64,000 nt of DNA from Hyphomonas sp. BRH_c22. GTDB lineage: Bacteria; Pseudomonadota; Alphaproteobacteria; Caulobacterales; Hyphomonadaceae. Below the pieces are notes generated by a model that was not told the origin of the DNA, searched no databases, and saw only the letters and a list, made by a program, of their open reading frames with translations. The stretch covers positions 1,425 through 65,424 of the forward strand of contig NZ_LADU01000108.1 of the NCBI RefSeq assembly GCF_000961795.1, read 5' to 3'. The translations under genes were made by a program, and so were the position numbers. Of this stretch, positions 28,286-39,349 are shown piece by piece (the first letter of the stretch is position 1; each line of letters starts with the position of its first letter).

Positions 28286-29224
28286 ATGGCGGAAAAGGAC
28301 TGGATTGCGCGTTACTTCGCGCCGCTGGCAAAAGGGCAGGGGGCGGCCGGGTTGCGGGACGATGTCGCGCAGCTGGGAACGACGGGTCCTGTAGCAATCA
28401 CTGTGGATGCGATGGTGGAAGGGGTGCATTTCCTGGCCAGCGACCCGATTGATACGGTCGCGCGCAAGCTGGTGCGGGCGAACGTGTCGGACCTGCTGGC
28501 GAGTGGCGCCGAGCCCGCTGAGGCGCTGCTGACACTCGGCTGGCCAAAAGCCCGCGGAGAGGCGGAAATCGCAGCATTTTCTGCAGCTTTGGGCGACGAG
28601 TTGAGCGCGTGGGGCGCGCAGCTGATCGGCGGCGACACGGTGACCAGCCCCCTCGGCCTGTTCCTGTCCCTGACGCTGACGGGGCGCTGCCTGGCTGACG
28701 GCCCGGTGCGCCGGACGGGCGCCAAACCGGGTGATGCCGTGTGGCTGACGGGGTGCATCGGGGGTGCCGCGAGGGGGTGGGAGGCGGTTTCGGGGGGTGA
28801 CAAGGGGGTGGCAGGGGGGTGGCGGGACGCCTACCGGCTGCCGGACCTGCCGCCGCTCGCCGCTGCCGCTTTCATCGCCCGTCATGCAAGCGCCGCCATG
28901 GACGTGTCGGACGGCCTGCTGATTGATGCAAGGTCGCTGGCGGCGGCTTCAGGGGTCAGCCTGGAGATCGACCTTGGGGCGGTGCCGTTTGCGGGCGGGG
29001 CGGATGGCGAGGCGGAGATGCTGAAGCTGGCGACCTGGGGCGATGACTACCAGGTCCTGTTCACGGCGCCGGAGGCCGCATCGGCCACGATCGCGCAACA
29101 GGCGAGTGATGAGGGCATACAACTCGCCCGAATCGGGAAAATCTCTGACATGTCAGGCCTGTCACTGATTTTGCGGGGCCGGAACGTTAACCTGCCTGAA
29201 ACCCTAGGGTTCGAGCATGGATGA
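28286..29224 (+). CDS. thiL: Thiamine-monophosphate kinase
   Basis: GLRDD, DAMVEGVHF, NVSDL, LIGGDT, MDVSDGL, GDDY, GFEH. Confidence 0.92.
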   Translation: MAEKDWIARYFAPLAKGQGAAGLRDDVAQLGTTGPVAITVDAMVEGVHFLASDPIDTVARKLVRANVSDLLASGAEPAEALLTLGWPKARGEAEIAAFSAALGDELSAWGAQLIGGDTVTSPLGLFLSLTLTGRCLADGPVRRTGAKPGDAVWLTGCIGGAARGWEAVSGGDKGVAGGWRDAYRLPDLPPLAAAAFIARHASAAMDVSDGLLIDARSLAAASGVSLEIDLGAVPFAGGADGEAEMLKLATWGDDYQVLFTAPEAASATIAQQASDEGIQLARIGKISDMSGLSLILRGRNVNLPETLGFEHG

Positions 29225-29371
29225 ATCGGGTCGCCAGTGACTCGCGTATGAAGGGAGGCAGGTTGCCTCGATCAGGAGGGGCTGGCAGGCATTTACCCAT
29301 AATAACCAGGTTTTGGAGATCCGGGGCAAACCCGGACCCGCAAAGAGACTCAGGGAAGGAAGGAAGTACCC

Positions 29372-31522
29372 ATGTGGTTTTATATAGCACTCGCCGCAGG
29401 CGTTGTGTCGGTCCTGTACGGTTACCTTCAGATCAATTCGATCATGAAGGCCCCGTCAGGCGACGCACGAATGCGTGAAATAGCCCTGGCCATTCAGGAA
29501 GGCGCGAACGCCTACCTGAAGCGCCAGTACCGGACGATCGCCATTGTCGGCGCCGTTGTTGCCGTCATTCTGCTCGTTCTGCTCGGCTGGATGGCCGCTG
29601 TCGGCTTCATCCTCGGCGCCGTCCTGTCGGGCGCTGCAGGTTTCATCGGCATGCTCGTGTCTGTCCGCGCCAATGTGCGCACGACGGAAGCGTCGAAGAG
29701 CGGCCTCAGCGCCGGTCTTGCCCTGGCGTTCAAGTCTGGTGCGATCACCGGCATGCTCGTGGTCGGCCTCGCCCTGCTCGGGATCGTTCTCTATTACGGC
29801 CTGCTGACCGGCCCGCTCGGGCTGGACCTGTCGGTACGTGACGAGAAGCGGCACGTCATTGATGCGCTCGTGTCACTGGGCTTTGGTGCCTCGCTTATCT
29901 CGATCTTCGCGCGCCTTGGCGGCGGTATCTTCACCAAGGGTGCAGATGTCGGCGGTGACATGGTGGGCAAGGTGGAAGCCGGTATCCCGGAAGATGACCC
30001 GCGCAACGCGGCCACCATCGCGGACAATGTCGGCGACAATGTCGGCGACTGCGCCGGCATGGCGGCTGACCTGTTCGAAACCTATGCCGTGACCCTGGTC
30101 GCGACCATGGTTCTGGGCGGCATCTACTTCGCCGGATCGCCGGACATTTCCGCCGTGATGATGCTGCCGCTGGCGATTGCCGCCGTGTGTATCATCACCT
30201 CGATCGTGGGCACCTTCTTCGTGCGCCTCAGCAAAGGGTCCACGGATGTCATGTGGGCGCTCTACAAGGGCCTCATCGTGACCGGCGTTCTGTCGGTTGG
30301 CGGTCTGGCCATCGCCATCAGCAGCGTGTTGCCCAACGGGTTCGGTGTCTTGAACGAAGCCGGTGCGCGGCTTGGCATGGTGGGCGACATTACCGGTTTC
30401 GACCTGTTCCTGTGCGGCGTCACGGGCCTCGTCGTGACCGCGCTGATTGTCTACATTACGGCCTACTATACCGAGACCAAGTTCCGTCCCGTGCGCTCCA
30501 TCGCCAAGGCGTCGGAGTCGGGCCATGGCACGAACGTGATCCAGGGGCTTGCTGTCTCGCTCGAGTCGACGGCGCTGCCATCGATCACGATCATGGCGGG
30601 CATCCTGCTCACGTTCAATCTCGCGGGCCTCTACGGAATCGCGATTGCCACGACGACCATGCTGGCGCTCGCCGGTATCATCGTGGCTCTCGATGCCTTC
30701 GGTCCGGTGACGGACAATGCCGGCGGCATTGCGGAAATGGCTGAACTGCCATCGGACGTGCGCAAGACGACCGACGCGCTGGACGCGGTCGGCAATACGA
30801 CCAAGGCGGTGACCAAGGGCTATGCCATCGGGTCTGCGGGCCTCGGCGCGCTGGTCCTGTTTGCGGCCTATTCGGAAGACCTGAAATACTTCATCGCTCA
30901 GGCCGACCCGGGAACCTTCTTCGACAATGTCGTGGTCGACTTCTCGATCTCCAGTCCGTACGTCGTGGTTGGCCTGCTGTTTGGCGGCCTGTTGCCCTTC
31001 CTGTTCGGCGGCATGTCTATGATGGCCGTCGGGCGCGCTGCCCAGTCGGTGGTCGAGGAAGTGCGCCGCCAGTTCCGCGAAATGCCGGGCATCATGAAAG
31101 GCGAAGTGAAGCCTGATTATGGCCGGGCCGTGGATATCCTGACGCAGGCGGCGATCAAGGAGATGATCGTGCCGTCCCTGCTGCCTGTGCTGTCGCCCAT
31201 CGTGCTGTTCGGTGTGATCTTCGTGATCGCCGGGGCCGGTGCAGCCCTGTCAGCTGTCGGTGCCATGCTCCTGGGTGTGATCGTGACCGGCCTGTTCGTG
31301 GCCATCTCGATGACCTCGGGCGGCGGTGCCTGGGACAATGCCAAGAAGTATATCGAAGACGGCCATCATGGCGGCAAGGGCTCTGAAGCCCATAAGGCTG
31401 CCGTGACCGGTGATACGGTGGGTGATCCTTACAAGGACACGGCCGGACCAGCCGTCAACCCGATGATCAAGATCACGAACATCGTGGCCTTGCTGCTTCT
31501 GGCGGTTCTTGCCGCGCACTAA
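29372..31522 (+). CDS. hppA: Membrane H+-translocating pyrophosphatase, K+-independent type
   Basis: [34 protein letters not shown] (Lys marks the K+-independent type), [10 protein letters not shown]. Confidence 0.96.
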   Translation: MWFYIALAAGVVSVLYGYLQINSIMKAPSGDARMREIALAIQEGANAYLKRQYRTIAIVGAVVAVILLVLLGWMAAVGFILGAVLSGAAGFIGMLVSVRANVRTTEASKSGLSAGLALAFKSGAITGMLVVGLALLGIVLYYGLLTGPLGLDLSVRDEKRHVIDALVSLGFGASLISIFARLGGGIFTKGADVGGDMVGKVEAGIPEDDPRNAATIADNVGDNVGDCAGMAADLFETYAVTLVATMVLGGIYFAGSPDISAVMMLPLAIAAVCIITSIVGTFFVRLSKGSTDVMWALYKGLIVTGVLSVGGLAIAISSVLPNGFGVLNEAGARLGMVGDITGFDLFLCGVTGLVVTALIVYITAYYTETKFRPVRSIAKASESGHGTNVIQGLAVSLESTALPSITIMAGILLTFNLAGLYGIAIATTTMLALAGIIVALDAFGPVTDNAGGIAEMAELPSDVRKTTDALDAVGNTTKAVTKGYAIGSAGLGALVLFAAYSEDLKYFIAQADPGTFFDNVVVDFSISSPYVVVGLLFGGLLPFLFGGMSMMAVGRAAQSVVEEVRRQFREMPGIMKGEVKPDYGRAVDILTQAAIKEMIVPSLLPVLSPIVLFGVIFVIAGAGAALSAVGAMLLGVIVTGLFVAISMTSGGGAWDNAKKYIEDGHHGGKGSEAHKAAVTGDTVGDPYKDTAGPAVNPMIKITNIVALLLLAVLAAH

Positions 31523-31542
31523 GGCGCGCTCCGTACGCAAAT

Positions 31543-31577
31543 AAAAAAAGCCCCGGTGCATATGCGCCGGGGCTTTT
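31543..31577. terminator. Bidirectional intrinsic terminator between hppA and katG
   Basis: AAAAAAAGCCCCGGTGCA-TA-TGCGCCGGGGCTTTT hairpin with A and T tails. Confidence 0.85.
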
Positions 31578-31609
31578 CCCTGAATCGGGGACCTGCCTCT
31601 TGGGGGAGA

Positions 31610-33802
<2,193 letters not shown>

Positions 33803-33852
33803 TTATCTTGCGGCCCACTCGCCTTGTGCGCGAGGATACGCCTTCCGGCGCC

Positions 33853-33898
33853 ATTGATCCAATCGATTATGGGGAATCGAATTATAGAGAACGTCTAT
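33853..33898. promoter_or_regulatory. Putative OxyR-type (LysR) operator of katG
   Basis: ATAG-N7-CTAT (33884-33898) and ATTG-N7-CGAT (33853-33867) upstream of katG. Confidence 0.55.
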
Positions 33899-33958
33899 AG
33901 GTTTGCATTCGCCTGCAGGCATGGGCATCCGGGCCACGAGTACACAACGGACAGAAAT

Positions 33959-33990
33959 GAAAAAGCCCCGGAACCGGGGTTCCAGGGCCT
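33959..33990 (-). terminator. Probable terminator of bamE
   Basis: GCCCCGGAAC/GTTCCAGGGC imperfect stem with an A-run, which is a U tail on the minus strand. Confidence 0.6.
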
Positions 33991-34017
33991 GGGATCAATG
34001 GGCGGTGGAGGCCAGCG

Positions 34018-34497
34018 CTATTGGCGGCGGCCGGTCGGGTTGCCCGGAGTGGCTTCCTCAGAGTTCGGCAGGCGTACGCCGCCGACCGTGCCAAAGATCT
34101 GCTCCCAGAGTCCGAGTTCGCGGCCACGGGTTGGCGTCTCGCGCGCGGCATAATTGATGACTTCGCCATCGTCGACGTCGTATTCGAGCACCTCGTCGAC
34201 CTTGTCATCCTCGCCAAAGCGGATGGCGGTAACCGACCGCTTGGTGACCTTCGGCTTGAAGAAGGCGACACGTTCCTGAACGTCGGTCATGTAGATCCAG
34301 GTCTTGTTGTCGAACACGCTTTCCGTTGACGGGCTGCCCAGCTGGGCGAGCACGGAGGAGCGTGTGTCCTCGTCCGGCTTCATGTCTCGCGGCTGGGCAT
34401 CGTCTGCCACATAGCCGTGAAAGTCCCGCGACGGCGTGAGGCACGCCGTGAGGGGCAGGATGAGAAGGCCAATGGCCAAAATCGCACGTCGCGACAT
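34018..34497 (-). CDS. bamE: Outer membrane protein assembly factor BamE (SmpA/OmlA)
   Basis: Lipobox LTAC, HGY, LGSPST, WIY, TPTRGREL. Confidence 0.9.
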   Translation of the reverse strand: MSRRAILAIGLLILPLTACLTPSRDFHGYVADDAQPRDMKPDEDTRSSVLAQLGSPSTESVFDNKTWIYMTDVQERVAFFKPKVTKRSVTAIRFGEDDKVDEVLEYDVDDGEVINYAARETPTRGRELGLWEQIFGTVGGVRLPNSEEATPGNPTGRRQ

Positions 34498-34567
34498 GGA
34501 GAAACTCCTGATAAGGCTTCGCGAAAGACCTAGCGGTTGCAGCCCCCCCTTGGCAACACAGGAGTAC

Positions 34568-35119
34568 ATGGTGACGGGATTTTCAATCGGCTGGCTGGCG
34601 CGGCGCCGGGCCCGCAAGGCAGCGGCCGGACAGGCCTATGACGGCCTGATGAAAGCCGCACTGGCCCCGGATTTCTATCTCGCGGGAGACGTCACGGACA
34701 CGTTCGAGGCGCGCGCGCAGATGGTCACCCTCCATGCGGCACTGGTGATCCGGCGGATCAACGCCATTGCCGGGGCCGAATCGGCGAAAATCACCGCCAC
34801 GCTGAACGGGCGTGTGCTGGACGGGTTCGATGCCGCCTTTCGCGAACAGGGCGTTGGCGATTCCTCGATTGCCCGCAAGGTGCGCAAGCTGGCCGAGGCG
34901 CATTACGGGTTGGGCAAGGCCGTATCTGCCGCGCTGGACGATGCCGACCGGGAATCAGCCCTCATCGGCGTTCTGGAACGCAATGGCGTCACGCAAAAGG
35001 GAAAGGCGGCCGGGCTGGCAACATATCTGATCCGCCTCGCAGATCGCCTGAAACAACAGCCCGATAGCGAGATACTGGCGGGCAACCCCGCCTGGCAGGA
35101 CCTGCCAAAAATCCCTTAG
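34568..35119 (+). CDS. Ubiquinol-cytochrome c chaperone (Cbp3 family)
   Basis: VTDTFEAR..M..LH, REQGVGD..I.RKVRKL. Conserved position divergent from bamE. Confidence 0.82.
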   Translation: MVTGFSIGWLARRRARKAAAGQAYDGLMKAALAPDFYLAGDVTDTFEARAQMVTLHAALVIRRINAIAGAESAKITATLNGRVLDGFDAAFREQGVGDSSIARKVRKLAEAHYGLGKAVSAALDDADRESALIGVLERNGVTQKGKAAGLATYLIRLADRLKQQPDSEILAGNPAWQDLPKIP

Positions 35120-35212
35120 CAGGTACAGGCGCAGCGTTGCCAACCCCCCTGACGCGCCGTAAACACCGCCACTCAGGGAACATCTGGTTTCCAAGGCATC
35201 TGGAAGGCCCGA

Positions 35213-36247
35213 ATGGCTAAAGGCACAATACTCTCGATTGATGCCATGGGCGGCGATGCCGCGCCGGGCGTGGTGGTCGATGGTGTGGCAAGCCTGCTGG
35301 CAGACCGCGCCGATATTGGCATTCTTCTGCATGGCGACGAAGCGGCGCTGGCGCCTCTGGTTGCCGCGCATTCCGGGCTGGCCGGACGGTGCCAGATTGT
35401 GCATTCCGACAGCGTTATCACCAGTGACATGAAACCGAGCCAGGCCCTGCGCCGGGGCAAGGGATCGTCCATGTGGAACGCCATCGAAGCGGTCAAGACG
35501 GGGCAGGCGGGCGCGGCAGTGTCTGCTGGCAATACAGGCGCGCTGATGGCGATCTCCATGCTGATCCTGCGCAAGATGGAAGGCGTGCACCGCCCGGCCA
35601 TGTCGGCGCTGTGGCCCACGATGCGCGGACGCACCGTGGTGCTGGATGTCGGTGCCAACCTTGAGGCCGATGCGGCGCAACTGGTGACGTTTGCCATCAT
35701 GGGCGAAGCCTATGCCCGTGCGGCCCTCGGCATCGAAAAGCCGACCATCGGGATCCTGAACATCGGTTCGGAAGAGATGAAGGGCCATGACGAGGTGCGC
35801 GAAGCCCATGAATGGCTGCGCGCGGCCACGCTGGACATTGACTATCGCGGTTTTGTTGAAGGCGACGATATTTCCAAGGGCGCCGTTGATGTCGTCGTGA
35901 CTGACGGGTTCACCGGCAATGTGGCGTTGAAAGCGGGCGAAGGCGTGGCCCGCATGCTGGGCAACCGGATGCGTGAGGCGTTCATGGCCAGCCTGATGAC
36001 CAAGCTGGGCGCCGTGTTCGCGTCGAGCGGGCTGAAACAGCTGCGCGCGCAGATGGATCCGAGCAATGTGAATGGCGGCGTCCTGCTGGGCCTGCGCGGG
36101 GTGTCAGTCAAAAGTCATGGCAGCACCGATGCGCGTGGATTTGCACAGGCCTGCCAGCTGGCGGCCAACCTGGCAGGCAGCCATTACCGGGACGAGATAC
36201 TTGCAAACCTGGCCCGCATCAGGGAAGGCGGCATGGCTGCCGAATAG
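35213..36247 (+). CDS. plsX: Phosphate acyltransferase PlsX
   Basis: [34 protein letters not shown]. Confidence 0.97.
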   Translation: MAKGTILSIDAMGGDAAPGVVVDGVASLLADRADIGILLHGDEAALAPLVAAHSGLAGRCQIVHSDSVITSDMKPSQALRRGKGSSMWNAIEAVKTGQAGAAVSAGNTGALMAISMLILRKMEGVHRPAMSALWPTMRGRTVVLDVGANLEADAAQLVTFAIMGEAYARAALGIEKPTIGILNIGSEEMKGHDEVREAHEWLRAATLDIDYRGFVEGDDISKGAVDVVVTDGFTGNVALKAGEGVARMLGNRMREAFMASLMTKLGAVFASSGLKQLRAQMDPSNVNGGVLLGLRGVSVKSHGSTDARGFAQACQLAANLAGSHYRDEILANLARIREGGMAAE

Positions 36248-36272
36248 GGCGGCCGGCATGGAAAGGAATTAG

Positions 36273-37244
36273 ATGGCACGTCGCAGTTTCATTCGTGGCA
36301 CGGGCGGATACCTTCCCGAGAGGGTTCTGACCAATGTCGAGTTGTCGACCATGCTCGACACGTCCGATGAATGGATTCGCGAGCGAACCGGGATCAAGCA
36401 GCGCCATGTGGCGGCCGACGGTGAGCTGACATCCGATATTGCGACGGCGGCAGCCCGCAATGCGCTCGATGCAGCGGGGATCAAACCCGAAGACATCGAC
36501 CTGATCGTGCTGGCCACGACAACGCCGGACCAGACGTTCCCGGCCACGGCGACGGCCGTGCAGGCCAAGCTGGGCACGGGTGCCGGCGCTGCGTTCGACG
36601 TTCAGGCCGTATGTTCAGGTTTTCTGTTTGGCCTCGCGACGGCTGACAGCATGCTGAAGCAGGGCCTGTTCAACCGGGCGCTGGTGATTGGCGCGGAGAC
36701 ATTCACACGCATTCTCGACTGGTCTGACCGGGGCACGGCGGTGCTGTTTGGCGATGGCGGCGGCGCGGTGGTCATCGAGGCCGAGGAATGGACCGGCGCG
36801 GCCGATGCCGGGATCATCACCCACCATATCCGCACTGACGGCACCAAGTCCGACCTGCTCTATGTCGATGGCGGCGTCAGTTCGACCGGCACGATCGGCC
36901 ATGTACGCATGGAGGGCAATCGCGTCTTCAAGCATGCGGTGACCAATATTTCCTCGGCGATCCAGGCCGTGCTCGACGAGACGGGCCTGACGGCCGAGGA
37001 TATCGACTGGTTCGTGCCGCACCAGGCCAACAAGCGCATCCTCGACGGCGTGGCCAAGAAAATCGGAATTCCCGAAGAGAAGGTCGTGATCACGGTGGAC
37101 GAGCACGCCAACACGTCTGCGGCGTCCATTCCGCTGGCGCTGAACCATGCGGTTCGGTCCGGCCGGGCCAAGAAGGGCGACCTGATCCTGTCTGAAGCGA
37201 TGGGCGGCGGATTTTCCTGGGGCGCCAGCCTGTTCCGCCTTTAA
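36273..37244 (+). CDS. fabH: 3-oxoacyl-ACP synthase III
   Basis: [31 protein letters not shown]. Confidence 0.97.
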   Translation: MARRSFIRGTGGYLPERVLTNVELSTMLDTSDEWIRERTGIKQRHVAADGELTSDIATAAARNALDAAGIKPEDIDLIVLATTTPDQTFPATATAVQAKLGTGAGAAFDVQAVCSGFLFGLATADSMLKQGLFNRALVIGAETFTRILDWSDRGTAVLFGDGGGAVVIEAEEWTGAADAGIITHHIRTDGTKSDLLYVDGGVSSTGTIGHVRMEGNRVFKHAVTNISSAIQAVLDETGLTAEDIDWFVPHQANKRILDGVAKKIGIPEEKVVITVDEHANTSAASIPLALNHAVRSGRAKKGDLILSEAMGGGFSWGASLFRL

Positions 37245-37382
37245 GGCATAGGCCTCAAATTGATCCACAGTTTTGGGCGCGTTTCGGACAAATCGAAACA
37301 TCTCAACGAATTAAGCTGACGGTTTCGCTAGGAATCCGTTAAGTTTCATTGGCTATCCATTAACGAAAGGCGAGAGAACCTC

Positions 37383-37676
37383 ATGAGCAACCAGACCCTG
37401 ACCCGTGCTGAAGTGACTGATGCCATCGTCCGCGAAGTGGGCGTTACCCGTCAGGAATCCTCGGACCTGCTCGACCGGACACTCGACATGATCGGCAGCG
37501 CCCTCGAGCATGAAGACGAAGTGAAACTCTCCCGCTTTGGCAATTTCGTTGTGCGGTCAAAATCCGCCCGCGAAGGCCGCAACCCCAAGACAGGCGAAGA
37601 AGCCGTGATCGCGCCGCGCCGCGTGGTGACGTTCCGCCCATCCCCCATGCTCAAGTCCCGCGTCGACAAGGGCTGA
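37383..37676 (+). CDS. ihfA: Integration host factor alpha
   Basis: FGNF, GRNPKTGE, RRVVTFRPS. Canonical position after fabH. Confidence 0.95.
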   Translation: MSNQTLTRAEVTDAIVREVGVTRQESSDLLDRTLDMIGSALEHEDEVKLSRFGNFVVRSKSAREGRNPKTGEEAVIAPRRVVTFRPSPMLKSRVDKG

Positions 37677-37696
37677 CCCACAAGAAGGATAGCGAC

Positions 37697-38176
37697 ATGA
37701 CTGCCACCCGGAACCGCATCGAGAAATCAGCCACGGCCTTTCGTTCGATTGGCGAGGCGGCCGCCGAACTGGGTCTGGAGACGCATGTCCTGCGCTATTG
37801 GGAATCCAAGTTTCCGCGCGACGTCAAACCCGTCAAGCGAAGCGATGGCCGCCGCCTGTTCCGCCCTCAGGACATTGACGCCCTGCGCGCGATCCAGATC
37901 CTGGTGCATGAGCGCGGCCTGACGCTGAAAGGCGCCAAATCGCTGCTGGCCGAACAGGGCCTCCAGGCCGTGCTGTCGGGCGCCGCAACACTGGGCCATG
38001 GCACGACGGCCGCCAGCCCGGCGCGCGAGCTGCAGCAGACGGTTGCGAAGGCGTTCAATACCGAGATTCCATCCGAAACCGCGCCAGAGCGCCAGGAGCG
38101 GCTCGAAGGGGCGCTGGTCGGCCTGACCGATCTGAAGGCCCGGCTCGACGCCATGCGGGTCAGGCGCGCAGCCTAG
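37697..38176 (+). CDS. MerR-family HTH regulator (ihfA-associated)
   Basis: KSATAFRSIGE, HVLRYWESKF, G.TLKGA. Confidence 0.9.
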   Translation: MTATRNRIEKSATAFRSIGEAAAELGLETHVLRYWESKFPRDVKPVKRSDGRRLFRPQDIDALRAIQILVHERGLTLKGAKSLLAEQGLQAVLSGAATLGHGTTAASPARELQQTVAKAFNTEIPSETAPERQERLEGALVGLTDLKARLDAMRVRRAA

Positions 38177-38643
38177 GCGGCGCTGACAACCTTCGCCGCA
38201 TAGCAGCCCTGCCGGGCATTGTGCAGGTGGATGAAGCTGACCGTGGGGTCGGCAAAGGCCGCTTCGAGCACAGGCGCCAGTAGTGTTCCCTCCTTGACGT
38301 CTGCGGCGAGCATGTTGCCCGAAGCGTCGAACATGCGCACGGAGATCAGGCGCCGCGCGATCACGTCCGGCACGGTACCGGGCGGCGGCGTGTACGGGCT
38401 TGCGCCTTCACGGACATAGATGGCGTGGCTGGACCGGTAAGGCGTATCGGCGGGCAGGTGCTCATGGTTCAGCAGGATGACGGTTTCTCCCACTTCGGCA
38501 TCGGCGAGACTGACCCGGCAGGGATAGCCGGGGTGCGCATCGACCATCACGCGCCGGGCCCGGCGGGCGGCGAGTTCCTGATCGCTGAGGCTGAAGAGCG
38601 GGATAAAGGGGGCTGCGGGCAGCGGCACTATCTGGAAGGTCAT
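38173..38643 (-). CDS. DUF1203-like protein
   Basis: PGYPCRVSL.DA..GE..ILL, PY.S..AIYV, IHLHNA..GCY. Confidence 0.8.
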   Translation of the reverse strand: MTFQIVPLPAAPFIPLFSLSDQELAARRARRVMVDAHPGYPCRVSLADAEVGETVILLNHEHLPADTPYRSSHAIYVREGASPYTPPPGTVPDVIARRLISVRMFDASGNMLAADVKEGTLLAPVLEAAFADPTVSFIHLHNARQGCYAAKVVSAA

Positions 38644-38773
38644 GTCTGTCTCCATCGGGATGGGAGACAGGGTGCCTGTTGCAGCCGGGGCAAGCCACCT
38701 GAAACCTGCGGTGACCAAAAGCGGCATTCACTTGTTGCGGAAGGCCGGTGGCTTGGCTACAAGCCGCCAGAGT

Positions 38774-38850
38774 CGGAGCGTGGCGCAGCCCGGTAGCGCA
38801 CTCGCCTGGGGGGCGAGGGGTCGTAGGTTCGAATCCTATCGCTCCGACCA
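38774..38850 (+). tRNA. tRNA-Pro (anticodon GGG)
   Basis: 77 nt: acceptor CGGAGCG/CGCTCCG, anticodon arm CTCGC-CTGGGGG-GCGAG, GGTTCGAATCC, encoded CCA. Confidence 0.98.
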
Positions 38851-38860
38851 TTTTTCGCGT

Positions 38861-39008
38861 TGTCCGGCCCGGACACATAGGTAACAGTATGTACCGGAGA
38901 GATGGGTTACACTTTTGCTCCGAACGGGTTGTCGATTGTCTGCAGGGTTCTCTGCTCGAGGTCAACGTATCCGAGGTCATAGTGCATGAAGGAGACGAGC
39001 CATATGCC
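38861..39008 (-). mobile_element. IS481-family insertion sequence remnant (right end and last ~33 codons of the transposase)
   Basis: Minus strand 39008-38907 reads GIWLVSFMHYDLGYVDLEQRTLQTIDNPFGAKV*. Terminal TGT at 38861. Two imperfect direct repeats CCGGACACATAGGTAACA (38869-86) and CCGGAGAGATGGGTTACA (38894-911). Confidence 0.75.
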
Positions 39009-39330
39009 GCCGCCTGACGCCTGCCATTGCACGATGTGCCGGAAGCATTCCGGCCACTACTTTGCCTCGACGGATGTGCCGAGGAATCGCCTGACAGTTC
39101 ATGGTGAGGACAAGGTCAGCTGGTACCAGTCGTCCGAAAAGGTGAGACGCGGTTTTTGCGCCACCTGCGGCTCGTCACTGTTCTTTGATCCGCCCCACCG
39201 TGACTGGATCGGCGTTGCCATGGGTGCATTCGACACGCCGACGCAGACACGTCTCCACATTCATATCTTCGTCGCTTACAAGGGCGACTATTACGACATC
39301 GCCGACGGCCTGCCCCAGCACGAAGGCTGA
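39004..39330 (+). pseudogene. GFA/CENP-V family Zn protein, 5'-truncated
   Basis: ACHCTMCRK and RGFCATCGS are present. The N-terminal GxCxCG segment is missing and replaced by IS sequence. Confidence 0.7.
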
Positions 39331-39349
39331 GACAGGCCCGGCATCTTAC

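Noticed and set aside
29318-29350. GGGCAAACCC...CGCAAAG resembling a c-di-GMP-I riboswitch upstream of hppA
   Set aside because: The GNRA-capped P2 and the P3 receptor stem are missing. It folds as a simple TCCGGG/CCCGGA hairpin.
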